Part shown: positions 24,127 through 32,000 of the stretch, one piece after another
How positions within the stretch are numbered: position 1 is the first letter of the stretch
Layout of the letters: every line of letters starts with the position of its first letter
NCBI GenBank assembly: GCA_001897305.1
Contig: MKSO01000001.1
Location: forward strand, 510,001-542,000
From: Candidatus Saccharimonadota bacterium
GTDB taxonomy: Bacteria; Patescibacteriota; Saccharimonadia; Saccharimonadales; Saccharimonadaceae
DNA: 32,000 bases
Reading direction: 5' to 3'
The notes under the pieces: model-generated
Told to the model about the DNA's origin: nothing
Database searches by the model: none
Seen by the model: the letters and a program-made list of their open reading frames with translations, nothing else
Translations under genes and position numbers: made by a program

Positions 24127-25242
24127 CTAGACTCGTGTTATAGGCGTTCCAAACTCTGGAAAGTGCTTCACAACCTCATCATTTCGATGGAACCGCATCA
24201 AGCCACTAGAAGCTATATCATCAAACCTCACAAGGCCTTGTTGATAAAGACGGAGTGTTTCACGAAATTGAGTTGCAATATTTTCAATAGCCAATTCCTC
24301 ATCCACACTGGCCCCTCCTCTAACAAAGCGGCTAAATGCATCTACGGTACCGGACGGATCGTCTTCGTTGATTGTTAAGCGCACCCCTCCTGGAACAACG
24401 AGCGCATTATAGCGACGTTTTGCCCTTTTTGTGAGGCGTGATTTTATTTCTATCGGAATGACTTTACGAATATTCCCCCAATGTTGGTTGACTATCATAA
24501 TGTCATGGGTTTGTCTGGCATTGTAAAGCCCTGACCCCCCTCTTACCGTAGATAGTAGTGGCACGTACCGTGGGTCATCAATAACTAGAGCGGCCATAAG
24601 TGCTATTGCTTCAAACAATAGTCCTTTGTGCTGCGCCTGCATTGCCCAATCATCTTGTTCAATTGCCGCTTGATATTCGATGTTAATACTGTCAGTAATA
24701 TGCGCTATGTCCGCCAATACCGATGCCATCACTCCATTACTAACATTCCCTACGATGATCGACTTTACTAGTGGCATTGTCGCTAAATTTAATGCAGTCC
24801 GATGGCCACCGTATTCATTGCGATCACCTACTTCAAATGTTAAATTTCTTCCTGCGTAAAGTTCGCTCACAAGTTGTCTTTGCCAAATTTGTTCACCCCT
24901 CATCGCTATAGCTAATCGATCAACAGCTGACGTGTCTGCCGCTAATAATGAAGCCTCTACATAAGCTGATCCTGCCGCTCTAAGATATTCTGGATACGTT
25001 TCTGATTCAAGTTTTTGACCATATTCAACCAGAATGTCCGGGCTTACAGCATCAGTCATTGATTTACTCAGTGTCATATATTCACGATAATCTTCATTAA
25101 GAAGATATCGATAATACCCTCCCGGCTGATCATATTCGCTCAAGCAATTTGGGTCAAAAGACTCGGGGGCGTCAAAATATAATGCAGATTTGAGGGCGTC
25201 ACTTCCAGGGAGGGGTGCATGAAAAACCCTCTCCCGTGGCAT
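24127..25242 (-). CDS. Hypothetical protein, 371 aa (cassette ORF2), with a PD-(D/E)xK nuclease-like core in the C-terminal half
   Basis: E211 (GLLFEAIALMAAL), D247 (QTHDIMIVN) and E265-I-K267 (VIPIEIKSRLTKRAKRRY) show the spacing typical of the restriction-endonuclease fold. The codons were verified at 24610-24612, 24502-24504 and 24442-24450. AAAGGA is the SD. The N-terminal roughly 200 aa are unassigned. Confidence 0.65.
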   Translation of the reverse strand: MPRERVFHAPLPGSDALKSALYFDAPESFDPNCLSEYDQPGGYYRYLLNEDYREYMTLSKSMTDAVSPDILVEYGQKLESETYPEYLRAAGSAYVEASLLAADTSAVDRLAIAMRGEQIWQRQLVSELYAGRNLTFEVGDRNEYGGHRTALNLATMPLVKSIIVGNVSNGVMASVLADIAHITDSINIEYQAAIEQDDWAMQAQHKGLLFEAIALMAALVIDDPRYVPLLSTVRGGSGLYNARQTHDIMIVNQHWGNIRKVIPIEIKSRLTKRAKRRYNALVVPGGVRLTINEDDPSGTVDAFSRFVRGGASVDEELAIENIATQFRETLRLYQQGLVRFDDIASSGLMRFHRNDEVVKHFPEFGTPITRV

Positions 25243-25346
25243 ATTAGTCCTTTTTCAACTTTCTGAATATATTGATTTTTGCTCCCATTTGCTTATGGTT
25301 ATACACCACACTCAAATATTTGGAAAGACTTTTTTGTTTTAAAAAT

Positions 25347-26069
25347 TTACGCATCACCCTGAAATTCACGCCAATGCCTATCCCAGTCACTTTCGGTATC
25401 CGTAGTCATATTATTTAAATCATTCTTATCAACAATTTCGTTAAAATCACCGTGGAGTCGCCGCTGGACGGCTTCAAACAAACTCTGACGAGAAGCGAAA
25501 TCGGCATCTATAATAATACCTACGCCTACTTGCACCATTCCTTCGGCTTCTGAATTGCTCGTATGGAGCAGTATTTCTTCCCACAGTTCAATGATTTCTT
25601 TACTTGTCGAAAGCGCACCCATCCCCCATCGTCCTGCAATATGAAGTTGGTCGAACAGTACAGCACGGTCCCCAACCTCATTGGCCCGATACTCAGCCGC
25701 GCGAAGCACAACATCAACGCCCTTGTTAATACGGGTTATATGCTCTGGCGTGGAATCAGGTGACGTTCGATGCATTGTATCCGTCAATAAAGAGCCTACT
25801 AGCATACCGTCTTGTAGAGCCTTCGCAGTTGCTTGTGCATCTTCAGTATGTGACCACGCTGGATTTGCATCACCCATACTCATCATCACAGACAAGTTAT
25901 TGACTCGTTGCAAAAAGTCTCTTCCCCTTCTGCTACGAAAAAGACCATTGCCGGAGAATCGGTCAATGGTCTTTCGTGGTCCACCCTCGCTCGCAAATAG
26001 TCGATCAAGCGCAATTGTAGCTCGACGATAATCATTAGGAGTAGGAAGTTGTTCCGGTGTCGGAAGCAT
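25347..26069 (-). CDS. Hypothetical protein, 240 aa (cassette ORF1), a paralogue of ORF3
   Basis: It starts 28 nt after the rpsG stop with no intervening hairpin. The protein is mostly helical. I recognise no family. Confidence 0.7.
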   Translation of the reverse strand: MLPTPEQLPTPNDYRRATIALDRLFASEGGPRKTIDRFSGNGLFRSRRGRDFLQRVNNLSVMMSMGDANPAWSHTEDAQATAKALQDGMLVGSLLTDTMHRTSPDSTPEHITRINKGVDVVLRAAEYRANEVGDRAVLFDQLHIAGRWGMGALSTSKEIIELWEEILLHTSNSEAEGMVQVGVGIIIDADFASRQSLFEAVQRRLHGDFNEIVDKNDLNNMTTDTESDWDRHWREFQGDA

Positions 26070-26097
26070 AGAGGTGGAGTATCCTGTTTATTGCGGG

Positions 26098-26577
26098 CTA
26101 ACCGCGTGCAAAGTGTGCGAAAGCACGGTTTGCTTCGGCCATCTTGTGGGTGTCTTCTTTTTTCTTGAAGGCAGCACCAGTTTCGTTGTAGGCATCAACG
26201 ATCTCAAGGGCGAGTCGTTGGCTGTAAGGAATACCCTTACGTGCGCGTGCGCTTTGTACAAGCCATGAAAATGCGTAGTGCAATTGGCGGTGGCCAGCTA
26301 CTGGGAATGGAATTTGGTAGTTTGCTCCACCAACACGACGGCTTTTTACTTCGAAGTTTGGAGAAACGTTCTTGAGGGCTTTTTCAAAGACTTCAAGTGG
26401 GTTTTCGCTATCAAGCTTTTTAGCTGCAGCTTCGAGTGCGTCGTAGACGGCACGCTCTGCAACAAGCTTTTTACCATTAAGCATTGACTTGTTGATTAGG
26501 CGCTGTACCATTACGCTTTGGTATTTGCGGTCTGGGTTAGGGATTCGCTGTAGGCTAACAGTTTTCTTACGTGGCAT
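26098..26577 (-). CDS. rpsG: 30S ribosomal protein S7
   Basis: 159-aa ORF with MPRKKTVSLQRIPNPDRKYQSVMVQRLINKSMLNGKKLVAERAVYDAL..., typical of S7. Confidence 0.96.
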   Translation of the reverse strand: MPRKKTVSLQRIPNPDRKYQSVMVQRLINKSMLNGKKLVAERAVYDALEAAAKKLDSENPLEVFEKALKNVSPNFEVKSRRVGGANYQIPFPVAGHRQLHYAFSWLVQSARARKGIPYSQRLALEIVDAYNETGAAFKKKEDTHKMAEANRAFAHFARG

Positions 26578-26579
26578 GA

Positions 26580-26993
26580 CTACTTGCTCTCCTTCTTTGC
26601 ACCGTACTTAGAACGGCCCTGTTGACGCTTTGCAACACCTTGGAGGTCGAGGGCACCACGAACAATGTGGTAACGAACACCTGGAAGGTCTGGCACACGA
26701 CCGCCACGAACGAGCACAACGGCGTGCTCCTGGAGGTTGTGGCCTTCACCGCCAATGTAAGCCCATACTTCGTGACCATTAGTAAGACGCACACGAGCAA
26801 CCTTACGAAGAGCCGAGTTAGGCTTTTTTGGAGTCTTAGTTGTTACCTTAATACACACACCACGCTTCAAAGGAGCGTCTTGGTCGTAGTAACGAGTTTT
26901 AAGTGCGTTGTGGATACGGCCGAGCGCTGGAGACTTCGACTTCTTGGTCGCTGTCTGGCGTGGCTTACGCACGAGTTGGTTGATTGTTGGCAT
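26580..26993 (-). CDS. rpsL: 30S ribosomal protein S12
   Basis: 137-aa ORF with [13 protein letters not shown]..., ...[35 protein letters not shown]... and ...[19 protein letters not shown]. Confidence 0.97.
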   Translation of the reverse strand: MPTINQLVRKPRQTATKKSKSPALGRIHNALKTRYYDQDAPLKRGVCIKVTTKTPKKPNSALRKVARVRLTNGHEVWAYIGGEGHNLQEHAVVLVRGGRVPDLPGVRYHIVRGALDLQGVAKRQQGRSKYGAKKESK

Positions 26994-27196
26994 AAAACAA
27001 TACTTTCCTCTTAAAAATTAATGAGATTCACACCTTCTAGTTAAAGGATTCCTTTCTAATGAAAGGAGGCTAACGCAAAGAAACAGTAACTGCGTTAGGT
27101 GCTTCAGGCGATTCAGCAATTCGCTTAAAGCGGTGTTCATTGCACGTAGCCGTCTTGTACACGGTTCGGTTACGTATGAACGGAAACTCAACAGTA

Positions 27197-27225
27197 ATTA
27201 TAGCAGATATAACACAATACTTCAA
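27197..27225 (-). promoter_or_regulatory. Candidate promoter for rpsL: TTGAAG-17 nt-TATAAT, giving a structured leader of about 195 nt
   Basis: On the minus strand the -10 element is at 27197-27202 and the -35 element at 27220-27225. Leader hairpins lie at 27135-27181, 27071-27097 and 27051-27066. Confidence 0.5.
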
Positions 27226-27237
27226 TAGAAACAGTCC

Positions 27238-27552
27238 TTAGTCTTCATCCGGAAGAATGGGATACGGGTTACTCTTCGGCCTTAGTGCTCTTCGTTTTGC
27301 AAAGTATTCTTGGGCTATCTTGCGCTGTAGTTCGTTCCGTCGAGCAAGGTCATCCTTAGCTGCACTATCTTCGCCGACCTGCTCAGATGCGACATGACGG
27401 TCTGCGTTTCCCCGAGCATGTTCAATAGGCTCATCCACCCTTTGACGAACAATATCAGCTGCCCTACCTACAATAAATAGACGAGGACGATCTTCGGCTT
27501 TTATGCTTGATTGGTCCCCAGGTAAAGGGTTATGTTCAGAAATACTCATCAT
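27238..27552 (-). CDS. Hypothetical protein, 104 aa, charged with low-complexity character
   Basis: The ORF lies between the rpoC terminator and the rpsL promoter. AGGAG is about 11 nt upstream of a tandem ATG ATG. No motif was recognised, so its coding status is less certain than for its neighbours. Confidence 0.45.
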   Translation of the reverse strand: MMSISEHNPLPGDQSSIKAEDRPRLFIVGRAADIVRQRVDEPIEHARGNADRHVASEQVGEDSAAKDDLARRNELQRKIAQEYFAKRRALRPKSNPYPILPDED

Positions 27553-27574
27553 GACTCATTGTACTCCTAATGCT

Positions 27575-27607
27575 TATAAAACAAATAGCTCCACATAGGG
27601 AGCTATT
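27575..27607 (-). terminator. Rho-independent terminator after rpoC
   Basis: On the minus strand the sequence is AAUAGCUCC-CUAUGU-GGAGCUAUU followed by UGUUUUAU. The 9-bp stem arms are at 27584-27592 and 27599-27607. Confidence 0.75.
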
Positions 27608-27629
27608 CGTTAAGCACTTCGCAAATGCT

Positions 27630-30600
27630 TTAGGCAGCGATTTCGATATCTTCAGCGATATCGGCTACGATCTCTTCGTCGCTTTCCAATGTATCAAGTG
27701 CAGTTGCACTGTGCACACCAGTACCTACAGGGATCTTGCGACCGATGATCACATTTTCCTTGAGGCCGTGGAGTTGGTCTTGGCGACCACTTACCGCAGC
27801 GTTGATCAGTACACGAGTAGTGTCCTGGAATGATGCAGCTGAAAGCCAGCTATCAGACCAGATAGACACCTTAGTGATACCGAGGAGCAACTGAGTATAC
27901 GCGATTGGTTCTTGGCCAGCAGCAACCAGTTCATCGTTAGCTTCGACAACAGCAGCACGTGAGACGATGTCACCAGTAACAAATGAACTGTCACCTGGGT
28001 CTTCAACCTGAACACGGCTAAACATTTGACGAACGATGATCTCGAGGTGCTTGTCGGCAACATCTTGACCCTGTGCGGCGTAAATACGCAGTACTTCGTT
28101 GATGATGTACCGCTGAGTTGCTTCAACACCCTTGAGGCGCATGAGGTCGTGAAGGTTAAGTGAACCACCAGTCAGGCGATCACCAGCCTCAACAACATCA
28201 CCGCTCTTTACGAGGAGCTGCATAGAACCAGGTACTTCGTAACGTACTGGCGCGCCAGCGTTAGCTGCAACAATAACGTACTCGTCGGTTACTTCTGCTA
28301 CACCGTCAAATGGTGAAATGATTGGCTTGCTTTCACTTTCACCGCTTGCCAGCACGTCACCAGCCTTAACGTTGGCACCATTCTTGATACCAGCTGTACG
28401 GCCTTCAAGCGCCAGGCGCTCAACGTGACCAGCTTCAGGGGTTACTTGTACGATGTACTTCTTGCCATCTTCCCAAGCTTCAACCACACCAGTTACTTCA
28501 GTAAGGTGAGCTTGACCCTTAGGGTTACGAGCTTCAAACAACTCTTCAACACGAGGCAGACCCTGAGTAATGTCGCTTTCGGCCACACCTGAGGCGTGGA
28601 AGGTACGAAGCGTTAACTGTGTACCAGGCTCACCGACAGACTGTGCAGCGATCACACCAACTGGTTGTGCATCTGCAACAAGCGTGTTAGTTGACATGTC
28701 GATACCGTAGCTCTTACGAGGTACACCACGAAGGTTCTTCGTTGAAAGAACTGACATGATCTTTGCTTCGGTAATTTCAGCGTCTGCTTCAATTGCGTTG
28801 GCAATCTCGCGAGTAATGAGTTCACCAGCCTTAACGTGGCCAGCAATGTCTTCAGCGGCGTAACGTCCGTAGAGACGGTTACCAAAGTCAATCATAGTGA
28901 GTTCAGTTTCCGCACGGTAGATTGTGAATCCATCGTCATCACCAGCGTCTTCAACCGTAAACACATCTTGCGACACGTCAACGAGACGACGAGTGAGGTA
29001 CCCTGAGTCGGCCGTCTTAAGCGCGGTGTCGATCAGACCCTTACGTGAACCACGGGTAGCCACGAATTGCTCAAGGCTTGAAAGACCCTTCTTGTAACTT
29101 GAACGGATAGGTAGCTCAATTTCACGGTTGGTTGCATCAACCATAATACCGATCATAGCGCTAGCCAACATAACGTTCGAGATATCACCACGAGCACCAG
29201 AGTTCACCATCACAGACACGCTCGTATCCATGTCCTTCAACTTGTCTTGCAAGAAGTCGGTAATTTGGCGAACCACACCACGCCAAGTAGCAACAGTAAG
29301 GTTGTAACGCTCTTCGTCAGTAATAAGACCTTGGTCGTATTGCTCACTAATTAACGCAGCCTTAGCATCACCTTCGGCGATCATTTCGTCGGTTTCGTCG
29401 AAGTGAATGTAGTCGTCTTTACCAGTTGATACAGCCGAAACAGTAGCGAAGCGGAAGGCTAAGCCCTTCATACGGTCGGCTGTTTTAGCGGTCTCTTCAG
29501 CACCATACTTCAAGAAGATGTTATTAAGAACTTTCTTAATTTGCTTCTTGGTTTGAACGTTGTCATCGTATGGGTAATCAGCGGGAAGAATTTCGTTAAA
29601 GAACACACGACCAAGCGTTGTGTTACGGATTTCACCCTTTGCAAACACACGAATTGGCGTTTGGAGCTGGATGATGCCGTTGTCATACGCGATCTCGGCT
29701 TCATATACAGAACTGTATGGCTTAACATTTTCACTTTGAGCGCTTGGCTTGTTGTACGTAAGGTAGTAGTTACCAAGTACAACGTCCTGAGCGATTGAAA
29801 GCACTGGCGCACCATCGGCTGGCTTCAAGAGGTTAGCTGTTGCACTCATCAAAGTACGAGCTTCTTCTTGAGCTTGGCGGCTCAAAGGAAGGTGGACAGC
29901 CATCTGGTCACCGTCGTAGTCGGCGTTGAAACCGTTGGCTACAAGTGGGTGAAGTTGAATAGCCTTACCTTCAACCAACTTAGGCTGGAAAGCCTGGATT
30001 GATAGACGGTGAAGTGACGGTGCACGGTTCAAAAGAACGTACTTGCCTTCGATTACTGCATCAAGTGCGTCCCATACTACTGCTTCGCCAGCTTCAATCA
30101 GGCGTGAAGCAGAACGAATGTTGTGGGCGTACTCGTTGCGAATCAACCAGCTAATAACAAATGGTTTGAAGAGTTCAAGGGCCATTTGCTTAGGCAGACC
30201 ACACTCGTTGATCTTTAGCTTAGGACCAACCACAATAACTGAACGTCCAGAGTAGTCGACACGCTTACCAAGTAGGTTTTGACGGAAACGACCCTGCTTA
30301 CCCTTAAGCATGTCAGAGATTGACTTAAGACGGCGGCGACCACCGGTTGCATTAACCGCACGGCCACCACGGGCAGCTGAGTTATCAACCAAGGCGTCAA
30401 CGGCTTCTTGGAGCATACGCATTTCGTTGCGACGAATCACTTCAGGGGCGTTAAGCTCAATCAGCTTCTTTAGACGGTTGTTACGGTTAATGACACGGCG
30501 GTAAAGATCGTTAAGATCTGAGGTCGCAAAACGGCCACCCGTAAGCTGTACCATTGGACGGAGGTCCGGAGGAATAACAGGCAAAACGGTAAGCGTAAGG

Positions 30601-31481
30601 CTACTTGGCTTAATACCAGCAGCTTGCATACCTTCAAGCACCTTCAGACGCTTCAAGATTTTCTTTTCACGTTGACCCTTAGCACCTTCAGCTTCTTCGG
30701 TGAGTTCAGCAATCAGTGTTTCAAGGTTAATTTCGTCAAGTAGTGCCTTGAGTGCTTGGCCACCCATACCAACCTCGATGAGATCTTGGTACTCTTCAGG
30801 AAGGTTACGGTAGTCAACTTCGCTCATGAGTGAGTTCTTAGTAAGACTTTCGAGCTGAGCCTTCTTTACAGTGTAGGCTTCATCAAGATCGTTCAGTTCA
30901 CGAGTTTGAGCTTCAGCGAGCGCCTTTACATCGGCACCTTCTGGTTCAGCTTCTTTTTCGTAACGCATCTTGATAGCCATGCGGCCAGCTTCGGTCTCGG
31001 CTTCAAGGTCAGCTAGGAACTTGTCGCGAGTCTCTTCATCGGCTTTCAATACAACGTAGGTTGCAAAGTAAGCAATGCGTTCGAGGTTACGAACAGTGAT
31101 ACCAAGCAGTAATGACATTGCACTTGGGGTGCCACGCATAAACCAAATGTGGGCAACTGGCGCAGCTAGGCTAATGTGACCCATACGCTCACGACGAACG
31201 ATTGCCTTGGTAACAAGGTCACCGTTTTTGTCGACAGCAGCTTCACGAGAGCGAACGCCCTTGAGCTTCGAGTCGTGTGGGTTGATGTCTTTTACTGGAC
31301 CGAAAATACGCTCACAGAACAGACCATCACGCTCTGGTTTTTGAGTACGATAGTTAATCGTCTCAGGCTTAGTGACTTCACCGTAGCTCCATTTGAGGAT
31401 GTCATCTGGGCTAGCGACACTTAGGCGAATAGCATCAAAGTCAGCGATGCCGTTGTTGGTGTTAGTGACGACGCGCGACAT
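27630..31481 (-). CDS. rpoC: DNA-directed RNA polymerase beta' subunit
   Basis: 1283-aa ORF containing NADYDGDQMAVHLPLS, the catalytic Mg site, along with typical clamp, bridge-helix and trigger-loop segments. Confidence 0.98.
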   Translation of the reverse strand: MSRVVTNTNNGIADFDAIRLSVASPDDILKWSYGEVTKPETINYRTQKPERDGLFCERIFGPVKDINPHDSKLKGVRSREAAVDKNGDLVTKAIVRRERMGHISLAAPVAHIWFMRGTPSAMSLLLGITVRNLERIAYFATYVVLKADEETRDKFLADLEAETEAGRMAIKMRYEKEAEPEGADVKALAEAQTRELNDLDEAYTVKKAQLESLTKNSLMSEVDYRNLPEEYQDLIEVGMGGQALKALLDEINLETLIAELTEEAEGAKGQREKKILKRLKVLEGMQAAGIKPSSLTLTVLPVIPPDLRPMVQLTGGRFATSDLNDLYRRVINRNNRLKKLIELNAPEVIRRNEMRMLQEAVDALVDNSAARGGRAVNATGGRRRLKSISDMLKGKQGRFRQNLLGKRVDYSGRSVIVVGPKLKINECGLPKQMALELFKPFVISWLIRNEYAHNIRSASRLIEAGEAVVWDALDAVIEGKYVLLNRAPSLHRLSIQAFQPKLVEGKAIQLHPLVANGFNADYDGDQMAVHLPLSRQAQEEARTLMSATANLLKPADGAPVLSIAQDVVLGNYYLTYNKPSAQSENVKPYSSVYEAEIAYDNGIIQLQTPIRVFAKGEIRNTTLGRVFFNEILPADYPYDDNVQTKKQIKKVLNNIFLKYGAEETAKTADRMKGLAFRFATVSAVSTGKDDYIHFDETDEMIAEGDAKAALISEQYDQGLITDEERYNLTVATWRGVVRQITDFLQDKLKDMDTSVSVMVNSGARGDISNVMLASAMIGIMVDATNREIELPIRSSYKKGLSSLEQFVATRGSRKGLIDTALKTADSGYLTRRLVDVSQDVFTVEDAGDDDGFTIYRAETELTMIDFGNRLYGRYAAEDIAGHVKAGELITREIANAIEADAEITEAKIMSVLSTKNLRGVPRKSYGIDMSTNTLVADAQPVGVIAAQSVGEPGTQLTLRTFHASGVAESDITQGLPRVEELFEARNPKGQAHLTEVTGVVEAWEDGKKYIVQVTPEAGHVERLALEGRTAGIKNGANVKAGDVLASGESESKPIISPFDGVAEVTDEYVIVAANAGAPVRYEVPGSMQLLVKSGDVVEAGDRLTGGSLNLHDLMRLKGVEATQRYIINEVLRIYAAQGQDVADKHLEIIVRQMFSRVQVEDPGDSSFVTGDIVSRAAVVEANDELVAAGQEPIAYTQLLLGITKVSIWSDSWLSAASFQDTTRVLINAAVSGRQDQLHGLKENVIIGRKIPVGTGVHSATALDTLESDEEIVADIAEDIEIAA

Positions 31482-31482
31482 A

Positions 31483-32000
<518 letters not shown>

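Noticed and set aside
26622-27014. 130-aa plus-strand ORF antisense to rpsL, and the many similar 60-140-aa antisense or off-frame ORFs in the track (for example 17750-18151, 20609-20974, 21922-22293, 14470-14760, 5326-5604)
   Set aside because: All are nested in or antisense to highly conserved translation genes, show low-complexity or repetitive composition, and lack SD sequences. They are shadow ORFs.

Overview
The window is almost entirely one minus-strand translation and transcription gene string: rpoB (3' end)-rpoC-rpsL-rpsG-fusA-tuf-rpsJ-rplC...rpsH-rplF-rplR-rpsE-rplO-secY-infA-rpmJ-rpsM-rpsK-rpsD-rpoA (5' part). This normally contiguous string is interrupted at eight junctions by non-ribosomal material. 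(1) A 104-aa ORF lies between rpoC and rpsL. (2) A four-gene cassette lies between rpsG and fusA: two divergent paralogues, a protein with a PD-(D/E)xK nuclease signature, and a 333-aa orphan. (3) A three-gene cassette coupled by ATGA overlaps lies between fusA and tuf: a RadC-like protein with a degenerate JAB motif plus two small ORFs that together look like a split HEPN (Rx4H) domain. (4) A VanY/M15B carboxypeptidase lies between tuf and rpsJ. (5) A plus-strand small membrane protein lies between rpsJ and rplC. (6) An AT-rich 427-aa GHKL-ATPase/STAS-like gene lies between rpsH and rplF. (7) A roughly 450-nt ORF-free, hairpin-rich segment (candidate ncRNA) lies between rplO and secY. (8) A high-GC 122-aa ORF sits where adk and map normally lie, between secY and infA. 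Most resumed blocks (not rplF) are preceded by a TATAAT-type -10 box, and several blocks end in clean rho-independent terminators. rpmD (L30) is absent. Gene content and K/A-rich protein tails suggest a reduced, possibly CPR/Patescibacteria-like genome, but that is inference only. I saw no rRNA, tRNA, CRISPR array, transposase or integrase. The best candidate for an undescribed system is the rpsG-fusA four-gene cassette (22400-26069), followed by the RadC/HEPN-like cassette and the GHKL-STAS gene. All family assignments come from reading motifs by eye; no searches were run.
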